In this document: positions 18,694 to 27,967 of the stretch, one piece after another
How the letters are laid out: each line of letters begins with the position of its first letter
Position numbering within the stretch: the first letter of the stretch is position 1
From: a virus
Length of the DNA stretch: 64,000 nt
Virus record (IMG/VR): IMGVR_UViG_3300028388_001808
Span: 29,734 to 93,733 of that record
Strand: one strand, 5' to 3'
The notes under the pieces: model-generated
Told to the model about the DNA's origin: nothing
Databases searched by the model: none
Seen by the model: only the letters and a program-made list of their open reading frames with translations
Translations under genes and position numbers: made by a program

Positions 18694-19263
18694 ATGCGTA
18701 CCGAACATTCCAAAGTCACTTGTACTCAAGTAGTTTCTTCTCAGTATGATCAGCTTCAAGCAGAGCTGCGTCAGACTGTGACTACGTACTATCCTAACGA
18801 GGCTGTCAATGCTGGACACGACGAGTTGTTCTCCTTTGAAGGAGAAGAAACGCCGTACAGCAGTGAACGCGTCGTGTGGATCAATGTACCTGAAGGAACT
18901 ACCAAAGAACAGGTTGACCAGCGTCTGGCTTCCATGCCGAATTGCTGCATCACCAGGACTCTTTCGTTCGTTCCGATCCTTGAAGAGGGCGATATCGCCA
19001 ACGGAGTTTCCGTTGAAGAGAAGTCCAGATCTCAGATCGTATGCGACGAATCCGGTGAAGTGGTCTACCGCAATGGAAAGCCTATGTTCCGCCGTTACTA
19101 CTTCCGCACCACCAAGTCGGAAGATGTTGACCTGCGGGAACAAACGGCTGAGAAGGCTTACATGCCGCTGTGGCTGCAAGGAGAGTCTGAAATCTCCAGC
19201 AACGCCGCCGCATCCTATGCGGAGCAGTCTGAAGACCTGGCTGCTGAAGAGCAGACCTTCTGA
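18694..19263 (+). CDS. First early-strand protein (hypothetical, acidic tail)
   Basis: ATG at 18694 after an AT-rich leader; strong codon bias. Confidence 0.7.
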   Translation: MRTEHSKVTCTQVVSSQYDQLQAELRQTVTTYYPNEAVNAGHDELFSFEGEETPYSSERVVWINVPEGTTKEQVDQRLASMPNCCITRTLSFVPILEEGDIANGVSVEEKSRSQIVCDESGEVVYRNGKPMFRRYYFRTTKSEDVDLREQTAEKAYMPLWLQGESEISSNAAASYAEQSEDLAAEEQTF

Positions 19264-19532
19264 CCGCCGGAGATATTGTCCGAGTCCTGTAGAAATGCAG
19301 GATTCGGACAATTTTTCACAATCAAAGGGCGGTGAATTGACAATTGGAAGAAAATTCGGTACATAGTATGGTGATTATGAGGTGATTAGAGGAGTGAAGA
19401 GACGAGTCAGGAACCTGACGCCCTCTCAAACCTTTTTCACAAATCCTCATTTTTATGAATCTAACTGTGATTTTACATAGCAGTTTCAGATAGACAGGTA
19501 AACAAATGTATCGTTAACCTAAATCTATCACC

Positions 19533-19730
19533 ATGAAACTGTACGTAATAACTATAGAGACAGCACAAGAATTTACTCCCTGGAGTGAATGGCGTATTTA
19601 CGCTGTGTTCGTCTCTAAAGATAAAGCAGTAGCTTGCTTAACTCAGTTAAGACAAGACATCCAGAACAGCAATTGCTGGTACTCTGATGTCGAACTGTCT
19701 GAACAAGAGGAAGGCGAGTTAGCTGTTTAG
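19533..19730 (+). CDS. Small early protein
   Basis: MKLYVI...IYAVFVSKDKA motif common in phage early proteins. Confidence 0.6.
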   Translation: MKLYVITIETAQEFTPWSEWRIYAVFVSKDKAVACLTQLRQDIQNSNCWYSDVELSEQEEGELAV

Positions 19731-20149
19731 GGATATTCAGGATTCACCCTTAAAAGAATCCGATTCATGCCAAGGATGATAATCTCGTAGTCCTTGGACA
19801 TCTGCCTCTCTACAGAACGCTGAGATAAGAGAAGGCATGTGAGGCCCGTTTGACCCTCACTGGTTAGAGACTCAGTAGAAGATCAGATAATACCTTCAGT
19901 AATGTTGGTATTAGCCGCCTGATTAGCAATGTGCAGGTTTGAGGTACTGTACATAAAAAAAATCCACAACCTATCGCCTAAACAACGAAGGTGGACTAAG
20001 TGTCGGATTGTTATCGGCATGTCCATGTGGAATACTACCGTAGGCTGACTGGGATGCTGCATCGTGTGTGTAGCAATACTCCAGTGTAATGAGTATGACT
20101 CGTGCGAATGCCTACGGTAGTTACTTTGTAATCAACTCAATCCAATGAT

Positions 20150-20497
20150 ATGAAAAAGCAACTGACACGCCGCGAAGTAGAGATTCTCACTCTTATCAAG
20201 ACTGTATATAAGTCTTATAAGCACATTAGCGAGATGCATACTCTTACGTACTTACTGGAAAAGCTTGATGATTACACAGAGATCATGGAAGCTAAAGGTA
20301 CTAGCTACGGCTATACCTACATCAACAACATGGAATCTCTGGTCAAAGTGGTCGCCATGACCACTATCAACGCACAATACGGATATACGAGGTTCCTGAG
20401 AAAGGAATACCAGAATCCAGCTTATCACGTCGACAACTTTGTGTCTGATGACATGAAGTGGATTGGCGATGAGCGAGAGTTTGAATTCTCCGTATAA
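20150..20497 (+). CDS. Hypothetical early protein
   Basis: 115-aa ORF followed by a hairpin at about 20505-20525. Confidence 0.65.
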   Translation: MKKQLTRREVEILTLIKTVYKSYKHISEMHTLTYLLEKLDDYTEIMEAKGTSYGYTYINNMESLVKVVAMTTINAQYGYTRFLRKEYQNPAYHVDNFVSDDMKWIGDEREFEFSV

Positions 20498-20919
20498 CAA
20501 ATAACAGACCTACTAGGTGGGTCTGTTACTCTCTCATAGATGCCCTGACAGACGGCTTCTATACTGTGAGAGAGTATCCGAACCAAATAGTCTGTTAAAA
20601 GATAGCAGTAACAAGGATCATAACCTTGAGGCTTTGTTATGTGCCTTAGCCGACCGGAGAGCTAAACATAACCATCACAAGTGATGTCTTGGTCTAAACC
20701 TTGCTGCTGTCTTTTACAAGTCACCAATACCTCTATATCATGAGATTACGATACTAGCATATTACTTAGCGAAAAAAAAGATCGGACAGCGGACAACAGA
20801 GGAGTCTTTAAGATGGGCTTCTCTGTTGTTGTCTTTAATGTTCCATTACTTCATGCTATTGGAGGTGTGAGTCTTTTGACGACATACGACCTCCAGTAGT
20901 AGAGAAGTGAAAGCCCTTA

Positions 20920-21390
20920 AATGGGATAACTACAGGTATAAGCAACCTGTAGGATGGCAGCAATCCAGCTTTAGGATTGCCTTACTGTAGCGAATAAAGT
21001 TACAGTAAGTAGCTACCACATATCGGAAATGTTATGGTAGCATTGTGCGGGAAATCTCTATGAAGAACTAGCTTAATGGCAGAGCTGCCATAGTAATTTT
21101 GCTATGGTGTAACATTCTTTTTGAAGCATCCCTACAGATGTGGATATAGAATGACTGGTGTGTAGGCACTTGGTTTTGGTTCGAATCCAAAGTTCTTCAC
21201 TACTAAGCGTACAATCTGGATAAAACCGGATGTTAGCCAGTACGCTTCCTACCTCATTAGGTAGGTATATCAAGTACTTGCGCATTGCCCGTTTAATACG
21301 GCCACAGTGCAAGGCTAAAAGGAGTAAAGGGAAACTCCAGTTATGGCTGTTTTTACCCAACACCACTATGGGTTGATGTTAGTGGTAATA
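20920..21390 (+). ncRNA. Candidate structured ncRNA tract
   Basis: Back-to-back hairpins (TACAGGT/ACCTGTA, GCAATCC/GGATTGC, TTACTGTA/TACAGTAA, GCTACCA/TGGTAGC); no convincing ORF. Confidence 0.35.
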
Positions 21391-21589
21391 ATTGAGCATT
21401 CTAAATCCTAAAAGAGTGAAGGGATATGTAGTGTGGATGCACTGGGACGACAACTCCGTAACTACGGATGTTGTACGTGACCTACGTGCAGCCATGCGGA
21501 TTGTCCGTAATGTAAAGAAGGACATTCGCCTTTATGAGGTGGAAGTTCGTTCTAACAGAACGGGCAAAAGAGTATATTAGTACTCTTAT

Positions 21590-21920
21590 CCGATGATCTC
21601 AATGTAAAGCGAGTCATAGCTTTACACGCAGGACTACATGCGATAATGGTAGTATATGCTGGTATGGGCTAAAGGATAACCATACTACCTTGGCAGAGTA
21701 GATAAAGGATGCGAAACTCTGCGTGTCACCACTGACACCGTTAAAGAAGGGCGTTTCTCCATGTGGAGGCTGCTGTACGATAACAGTAATATTTAAAACT
21801 CGTGCCAGCGAGTATAATGCTGGGAGCTTACTTTTACCCTAAGTCTCGAAAGAGATATGGGATGCTTACAAGACTGTAGAAATACAGAGCAAGCCAAGCA
21901 GGGCAAGCAATACTGCAAAA
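21590..21920 (+). ncRNA. Candidate structured ncRNA with GNRA tetraloops
   Basis: TGTAAAGC/GCTTTACA, TCTC-GAAA-GAGA, CTGTA-GAAA-TACAG and CCAGC/GCTGG hairpins; no ORF. Confidence 0.4.
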
Positions 21921-21954
21921 AAACCAAACCCCGGAGCGCCAACCGGATTAAAAA

Positions 21955-22254
21955 ATGGCGGGAAATATGTTAGAGATTAAAAAAGGCGACTTGACCATAC
22001 TTATTAGTATGGTTAAGCTCCAATCCGTCGAAAATTGGGTTGGAGAGATTCAGGCACCACACGGAACATTCCGTTCGAAGATATCGGCGGACTGGCTTCC
22101 ACCTAATACTTATGCTAGCCATGTAAAAGATGACCCAAGCCTCATTGGGGTTTGGGAGGTAGACACAGAAAAGATGGAAGTCGTATGTGAGGGGTACCAC
22201 TACCCCAAAACGTCAAGTAATAATGTCCAGCTAGTGGTTAGCTGGGAACATTAA
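21955..22254 (+). CDS. Hypothetical early protein
   Basis: 99-aa ORF after an A-rich leader. Confidence 0.55.
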   Translation: MAGNMLEIKKGDLTILISMVKLQSVENWVGEIQAPHGTFRSKISADWLPPNTYASHVKDDPSLIGVWEVDTEKMEVVCEGYHYPKTSSNNVQLVVSWEH

Positions 22255-22256
22255 GA

Positions 22257-22785
22257 CATTCCCCGTCACAGCGTTTGGGGGAGAATGCACGTTGATTTTT
22301 TTTAATAGCCTACAGCTATTGTTGCAGCAATAGAGACAACTGTAGAGTAGAATATGAGGATGAAAGCGCCTCACCATAGTTGTAGTCTTGTCAACTGCTT
22401 ATCCGAAACACTACACACTCCTAAAAAGCTGGAGTGTTAAATGCAAGATTAGTTGGTGTGAAGGATAATAAACTATGGTTATGTTTTGACAGTCCACCGA
22501 GAGGGAGGACGTTACTCTGATCTCGGTTAATCTTTGTGGAGGCTAGTAAACACGCCGAAGAAACTAGATTGCCGAACGCCTAACCAGCGGAGACAGAGTA
22601 GGCAGCTACTTGGCTGTACCTTTGAAAAATCAACCACTGTCGGTTGGTCAGATCATCGGTACTTCTCACAGACAAGTAGCGTTCTTTACACCAGACGTGA
22701 GAAGAAGGTGTAAAGTCCTAGCACTCGTGGGAGTGCAGTGTGCGATTAGTGATGTGCTACAGGTTTGAAACAGCATCACTGAAGA
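22257..22785 (+). ncRNA. Candidate structured ncRNA tract with a pseudoknot
   Basis: Serial hairpins plus CTTCTCAC/GTGAGAAG crossing CTTTACACC/GGTGTAAAG. Confidence 0.35.
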
Positions 22786-22802
22786 CAACAAAACTCAATA
22801 CC

Positions 22803-23105
22803 ATGAAAGACATTGGAGGATTTATTGCTATTTCTATCTTTGTAGTCCTGATTTTAGGATTACCTTTACTGCTCTGGTACTACGACCAAGGCGGTAAGGA
22901 GGTAGAAAAACAAGAAATATTGACTCAGATCACCGAAGATTTTACCGTTGCACAGATCACTGCAATGGTAGAAGAACGCATGAGCGGAGTCAGCGACACC
23001 AGTGAAGCCTATGAGGCTTACTGGATAGTGCTACACGCACTGTCGGAGAAAGAATACAAAGAATTTTCAGTTGAGGTTAACGTACAAAGTTACCTCAGCA
23101 GATAA
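22803..23105 (+). CDS. Membrane-anchored early protein
   Basis: N-terminal TM helix (GGFIAISIFVVLILGLPLLLW). Confidence 0.65.
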   Translation: MKDIGGFIAISIFVVLILGLPLLLWYYDQGGKEVEKQEILTQITEDFTVAQITAMVEERMSGVSDTSEAYEAYWIVLHALSEKEYKEFSVEVNVQSYLSR

Positions 23106-23634
23106 AGAAACGCCGGGGTCCCCTCGAATCCCTCTAACCCACCACACAGAGGGGACTTCCGGCACAAAACAACTGACATGAATGTAGAACTGTTTGAAAA
23201 GGGAGACAGTGTGCTGAAAGGATTTGGAATCCTGACAGTCCACACTGGACTAAAAAGCAGGTCACTGTTGGCTTGCTTTTACAACAGAGAAACCAAAGAA
23301 TTCTGGGTGGACATTATGTTCATCCAAATAGTACTACGATAAGATACGAGGGCGGCACTAGTTTTCTCACATAGCGTAATCCTCTTACGCATCTGTTTTA
23401 TGGGGTAATTGTTTAGCCGCCTTCTTTTAAGGATTGGTTTTTTGGGGTTTTCAGGCTGCCTGTCTTCGGATGGGCAGCCTATCTTTAAGACAAGTCACAG
23501 ACCGAACTCTGGAGAGTGCAAAGTCAGGACTTGTCTTTTTTTTGATCCAAGGTAGGCCAGCGATCTCCCTTTTTTGGGTAACTGGTTGCGGTGAAAACCC
23601 GCTTAAATGCGCTTATAATCAAAAAAAAGACGCC

Positions 23635-23946
23635 ATGACAAAGGAACAGATCAAACATCTGACGCAAAATGTGTTGAACGAATTGGGATTACAGCAGGTA
23701 GAAACGGTAGAAATACCTGAACCTGTACTACAGCATCTTCTTGAAAAAAGAGGCAAAAGAATGGGTATACCCAGTAGCCTCATAAACAAATTAGACATAA
23801 TACTGTACAGGGCTAACAAAAATAAGACATCAAGTAACGATGTCTTTATAAAGGCGTTGACAGAGATGAAAAGAGAGATATTCGTCCATACCTTCTTTGA
23901 ACACCTGGACGAAATTTTAGTGGATCAGGCAGAACAGCTACTATGA
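23635..23946 (+). CDS. Hypothetical protein
   Basis: ATG after an A-rich leader; translationally coupled to the next ORF. Confidence 0.6.
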   Translation: MTKEQIKHLTQNVLNELGLQQVETVEIPEPVLQHLLEKRGKRMGIPSSLINKLDIILYRANKNKTSSNDVFIKALTEMKREIFVHTFFEHLDEILVDQAEQLL

Positions 23947-24518
23947 AGAAAAGAGAAGACATAGACTACGAAATGCTAGACAAGCGTCATAGCTACAGCA
24001 AACCCACTTGTGGGGTAGAAGAACTGTTTGAAAAGTGGGACTTTTTGTGGTCCTCTTTCTTAAAAAGCTTCAACCCCTGTCAGTGGGAGAATGGAACCTG
24101 TGCGCTAATGAGAGACGACCAGTTCAAAGGTCATCCTTATTACAACAGCCCGTTTGCTTGCTGTAGCGGATGTAGTCACGCTTCGTCAGATGGATGCACT
24201 ACGTCCAACCTGGAATGTAAATCCTGGCTATGCAGTAAGGCGAAAGCCAACCTGCAAGATCAGGGGAACTATGATGCGTACGTTCTACTAGATCGTGCAT
24301 ATCATAGAGAGGTACTGCACAGAAAATTCTACATTAGCAAGGAGCAATACATAGAAGATGTGTACCTTGCGAAAAATAACGGTACTCAAGTCCAGAAGTT
24401 AGACTTTGGCTGGAGTAACAAAGAGGATATAAGAAAAAAACTGTCGCAGCATGGAGCAGGGATTATTTACAAAGAAAGATTTGGAGAAAGAATACCAGAA
24501 GTGGTGTTTAACATTTGA
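23943..24518 (+). CDS. Cys-cluster protein, paralog A
   Basis: FNPCQW..TC..CCSGC..GC..NLECKSWLC. Confidence 0.7.
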   Translation: MKKREDIDYEMLDKRHSYSKPTCGVEELFEKWDFLWSSFLKSFNPCQWENGTCALMRDDQFKGHPYYNSPFACCSGCSHASSDGCTTSNLECKSWLCSKAKANLQDQGNYDAYVLLDRAYHREVLHRKFYISKEQYIEDVYLAKNNGTQVQKLDFGWSNKEDIRKKLSQHGAGIIYKERFGERIPEVVFNI

Positions 24519-24867
24519 CGGCTTTTTCAAAGCCTTCAACGTCTGTGGTTGGAGAACTGACCAAGACGGAAATACCACTTGTCACGGTATGAGGAGAGGA
24601 GTCTTCAAGAACAGCCCTACGGGTTGTTGCGGAGACTGCAAGCTGTTCAACAACGGCTGCCCTACTCAAAATCTTTCGTGCAAAATATTCCTTTGCCAAG
24701 AGGCAGCAGATAATCTGCCAGAAAGGGCGAAGGAAGACTACAAGAAGCTACTGTTTGGTTTCAACCAAGAGTTTAAAGGTTGGAACCATACCGAGACATA
24801 CAAGGTTGAAAAAGAGGACTGTCTGAAATCGATCAGACGTCATCTTGAAAACAAGGAAGTAGAGTGA
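24451..24867 (+). CDS. Cys-cluster protein, paralog B
   Basis: FNVCGW..TC..CCGDC..GC..NLSCKIFLC. Confidence 0.7.
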   Translation: MEQGLFTKKDLEKEYQKWCLTFDGFFKAFNVCGWRTDQDGNTTCHGMRRGVFKNSPTGCCGDCKLFNNGCPTQNLSCKIFLCQEAADNLPERAKEDYKKLLFGFNQEFKGWNHTETYKVEKEDCLKSIRRHLENKEVE

Positions 24868-24916
24868 AGAACACACTATGAGATAACTATTATTTCTTCA
24901 CTTTAAAAGCCAAAAT

Positions 24917-25144
24917 ATGGCACGTACACACAAGGACAAACGCAATGCGTTGGTCAAACAAGGAAAAGCTGAGTACAAACCCGTATCCCGTATAGGGGTG
25001 TACAAGCGTGTTAGGAAACACAATCAGCCGAAAGGTCTTGAGAATCTTCCGGCAGTACCCGGTGGTTTCTTTCACAGCATCAAAAACACATGTCGGGATA
25101 TCCTTCCCTGGAACTGGGGGAAGGGTAAGCACCGTAAGGTGTGA
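24917..25144 (+). CDS. Small basic protein
   Basis: 75 aa, K/R-rich. Confidence 0.55.
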   Translation: MARTHKDKRNALVKQGKAEYKPVSRIGVYKRVRKHNQPKGLENLPAVPGGFFHSIKNTCRDILPWNWGKGKHRKV

Positions 25145-25195
25145 AGAATTCCGGTGTTAGGTAGGGGTAACACGAGACGAGTACCTCTACCAAAT

Positions 25196-25271
25196 GTCAG
25201 TGAGTCACCGATTGGTAAGGTGGCAGGGGTAAATCCCCCTGTTGTAGTCGGTTCGAATCCGATCACTGGCA
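25196..25271 (+). ncRNA. tRNA-like element / pseudo-tRNA with no valid anticodon loop
   Basis: Acceptor GTCAGTG/CACTGGC, D arm with TGG, T arm GTCGG-TTCGAAT-CCGAT; anticodon arm CAGGGG-TAAATC-CCCCTG has a 6-nt loop. Confidence 0.65.
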
Positions 25272-25377
25272 CTCGTATCATGGATTGAGAAGTGTTGCAC
25301 CCATTACGGTGCATCTACCCCCAGGAGCTGCTCTTAATTGAGTGGCTCCTTTTTCATTAACCAAAAAACAAAAGATC

Positions 25378-25689
25378 ATGGGAGATATGGCAGACGATGC
25401 TTTTGACAGAGCGTTAGCTGAAGAACTATGGGAGGAGGAACAGAATAGAGGAAAAGAAACGTCTTTATTAGACGCGTATCTGGAGGAGAATCTTGTATGG
25501 AGAACCAGACAAGAGACTTTGATAAGGATACAGAATCTAAGCGATCCTCATTTACTCAACATCATAAAGATGCTTGAGTCCAATCAGTCTTATTCCGAAA
25601 TATTGAAGATCATGAGAATTGAACAATACCACAGGAAAAGGTTGAGAGAGTTCATACACAGACACGAAGAGGAAAGCAGAGGCTGGTAG
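25378..25689 (+). CDS. Hypothetical protein
   Basis: MGDMADD start and WRT..I..LSD.HL.NI motif common in phage proteins. Confidence 0.65.
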   Translation: MGDMADDAFDRALAEELWEEEQNRGKETSLLDAYLEENLVWRTRQETLIRIQNLSDPHLLNIIKMLESNQSYSEILKIMRIEQYHRKRLREFIHRHEEESRGW

Positions 25690-25850
25690 CAGTCTCTTCA
25701 ACAAGGTGAGAATCCTTGTCAAGCTTACATTAACAAGATGGTGTAAGCTGGGGCATCTATCTGGTCTTTGAACCAGTAGTTGTGCGGAATAAAAAAGAGT
25801 TGTACATTGCGCCTCTTTACATCTTTATTTTTAAACCTAGTTGAGTAACC

Positions 25851-26198
25851 ATGAGAAACGAACAATTGGTATTGGTAGCTATCTTCGATGGCAGCCACAT
25901 CGCATTCGTGGGGACTCAATCCAAGGGATACGAACTTCCTACTGCCGAGTTGGGAAGAGCCTCTCTGATCGAGAAGTCGAAAGACTTGGCAGAACAGATA
26001 GGTTGTATCAGTCACAGTGCTGTACACTATGATGGTAAAAGAGAAAACCAGCATATTGTATGGATCACTGTGGATGAACACACCAATTACAAGGCAGTGA
26101 GATGGGAAACAACTGATCGCATAGCCATGACAGAGTCTATGCGAAAGATGTTGTCTGCCATAAAAGAGAAGGCCAGAGATTCACTCCAAACGGCCTAA
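25851..26198 (+). CDS. Hypothetical protein, possibly a degenerate NUDIX fold
   Basis: GYELPTAELGRASLIEKSKDLAEQIG loosely resembles a Nudix box. Confidence 0.45.
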   Translation: MRNEQLVLVAIFDGSHIAFVGTQSKGYELPTAELGRASLIEKSKDLAEQIGCISHSAVHYDGKRENQHIVWITVDEHTNYKAVRWETTDRIAMTESMRKMLSAIKEKARDSLQTA

Positions 26199-26273
26199 AA
26201 AAGCAGGGCGGCTGCACTATACCATAGTATGTAGATCGCAGTCGTCCTGTATTTTCTAACAAAACCTAATCTC

Positions 26274-26861
26274 GTGAAGAATGACACAATTTTACTTATC
26301 ATTCTGTTCATCTTTTCACTACCGATAAAGGGTTTTTCACCCTGCCAGTCCAATTTGGGTTTGACTGACAGGTTGGAAAAACAAGAGGTCTGTCAGCCTA
26401 CTAGGCTGGACAGTCTTCTTCAATTGTCCCTTTATCTGCTGAAAGACATGGAAGGACTCCGATTGGAGTCGTATAAATGTCCCGGTGGGATGTGGACAAT
26501 TGGCTATGGTCATACCAAAGAGGTCAAAAGAGGTATGATCATTACAGAAGAACAGGCTGACAGTCTGTTGCTTCAAGACCTCACAGAAGCTTTGAACCAT
26601 GTTGATCGTTTGTCGAACAACTTGGAAGAAGGCGAGAGATACGCTTTAGCATTGTTTCTCTTCAATGTCGGACCGTACCGACTGAAGGGAACACGTACTC
26701 TGAGACATATTCAGGAAGGAAATGAACCTCCATTCCATCTTTGGGTACACGCTAAAGGAAAGAGGCTCAGAGGATTAACTGAAAGACGACAGATCGAAAC
26801 TGAATTTTTCAGAAATTGGTCTGGACTATTTCAGAAAACCTTTGTACATTTGGATTCATAA
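26274..26861 (+). CDS. GH24 (T4/P21-type) lysozyme with an N-terminal signal peptide
   Basis: EGLRLESYKCPGGMWTIGYGHT (E-x8-C-x5-T triad), FNVG and GLTERR; hydrophobic N-terminus. Confidence 0.85.
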   Translation: MKNDTILLIILFIFSLPIKGFSPCQSNLGLTDRLEKQEVCQPTRLDSLLQLSLYLLKDMEGLRLESYKCPGGMWTIGYGHTKEVKRGMIITEEQADSLLLQDLTEALNHVDRLSNNLEEGERYALALFLFNVGPYRLKGTRTLRHIQEGNEPPFHLWVHAKGKRLRGLTERRQIETEFFRNWSGLFQKTFVHLDS

Positions 26862-26882
26862 CACAGTAAAAATAATCAGTCA

Positions 26883-27383
26883 ATGAAAAAGATTGAGTAC
26901 AGCAAAGAACAAGTCGATGCAGTCATCGCCAAGTTCAACAAGTACGGTCGTGGGGTGCTGATATCTCCCTACCAGACCGGAAACTTTAAGAGTAAAACTG
27001 GTAGCGCCAGTGAGGTTACGTTCTCTGACCTGTGCAACCCTGAGTTGTACGGAGTGCAGCACCTCCAAAAAGCCTACCAGTTTTACTACGACCGAATGAG
27101 CCGTCAAGCCATTGATCCGGAGGTCTTTGGTGATGAGAAGGTTCCCCTCTTTGTTCACACGACTCCTCTCGATGAGGACATCGTGTTTACAGCAGAGGAA
27201 GCCTTCATCCTGGTTCGCGCAGCCCTCATTGAGCAAAAGAACATCGAGAAGCTCATCGAACTGAAAGAAGCGGCCCGTCAGGCACAGATTTATCTGGATG
27301 CCAACGAAACCCGCAAGTCGAAAAGGGAAAAGGCTAAGGCTATCATCGAAGCAGCAAAGGCTGCTGGTATTGAGTCGCTGTAG
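26883..27383 (+). CDS. Hypothetical highly expressed protein
   Basis: 166 aa, strong codon bias; TACATTTG promoter-like box at about 26845. Confidence 0.7.
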   Translation: MKKIEYSKEQVDAVIAKFNKYGRGVLISPYQTGNFKSKTGSASEVTFSDLCNPELYGVQHLQKAYQFYYDRMSRQAIDPEVFGDEKVPLFVHTTPLDEDIVFTAEEAFILVRAALIEQKNIEKLIELKEAARQAQIYLDANETRKSKREKAKAIIEAAKAAGIESL

Positions 27384-27668
27384 CTCTGTAAGTATCTGGT
27401 CCGCACAGCCAGATACTCTCAAACGTTCCTGTTACTCTACAGGACCAGGTACACCAGGCAGCGTAGAGTCCACACGTACCACAAACAAGTAATCTTATCT
27501 TATTCACCACGACAGGAGGTGAGGTGTGCCGACACCAGGGATTTGATGAAGTGAGTACGAATGAACACGGAAACAAGGGGTTTGTGCATGAAAGACAGAC
27601 AGGTAATATTAACCGTACCCTACCTGTATTCGGACTGTCTTTTTTCTTTGACAATTTGTTAGTAGCGC

Positions 27669-27737
27669 ATGTCCCTCTTAGAACCTAAAACTTTAGACGT
27701 TTTTTTGGTTAAACTGGCTAAGTTGTCAGAGGGACAT
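27669..27737 (+). ncRNA. Y-RNA-like unit 1 (shared helix plus a minimal anticodon-like hairpin, TTTTGGT loop)
   Basis: Closing stem ATGTCCCTCT/AGAGGGACAT; CTTAGAAC...GTTGTCAG motif. Confidence 0.7.
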
Positions 27738-27747
27738 TTTAAAAAGC

Positions 27748-27839
27748 AAGATACAGCGCAACGTGATGGCAAGAGCCTTTCTTTTAGACGAAAGGGAAGC
27801 GCAAGGCTCTTTAGGGTAAATCGTGGCCCTCTGTATCTT
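27748..27839 (+). ncRNA. Structured RNA unit lacking the shared motif
   Basis: Closing stem AAGATACAG/CTGTATCTT with internal GAGCCTT/AAGGCTC and AGGGT/GCCCT hairpins. Confidence 0.5.
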
Positions 27840-27844
27840 TTTTA

Positions 27845-27963
27845 GGGGAGGTTGAAATGTTGGTCTTAGAGACAGAGAGGTGAATCCTCTCTTAGAACTA
27901 AACTAAAACTTTCAAGTACACTCATAATGTATCCTAACGTAGGTTCGATTCCTACCCTCCCCA
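27845..27963 (+). ncRNA. Unit 2: tRNA(CAT)-like RNA with the shared helix inserted in the D arm
   Basis: Acceptor GGGGAGG/CCTCCCC; T arm GTAGG-TTCGATT-CCTAC; anticodon arm GTACA-CTCATAA-TGTAT; TTGAAA/TTTCAA stem enclosing GACAGAGAGG-TGAAT-CCTCTCTTAGAAC. Confidence 0.75.
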
Positions 27964-27967
27964 CAAA

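Noticed and set aside
19740-22790. Hammerhead or HDV/theta ribozymes in the early non-coding tracts
   Set aside because: I could not place a complete catalytic core by eye; an Infernal/RNArobo search is needed to exclude them.
27845-27963. tmRNA
   Set aside because: It starts with GGGG and has a T arm, but lacks G3:U70 and a tag ORF, is only ~120 nt, and has a CAU anticodon arm.
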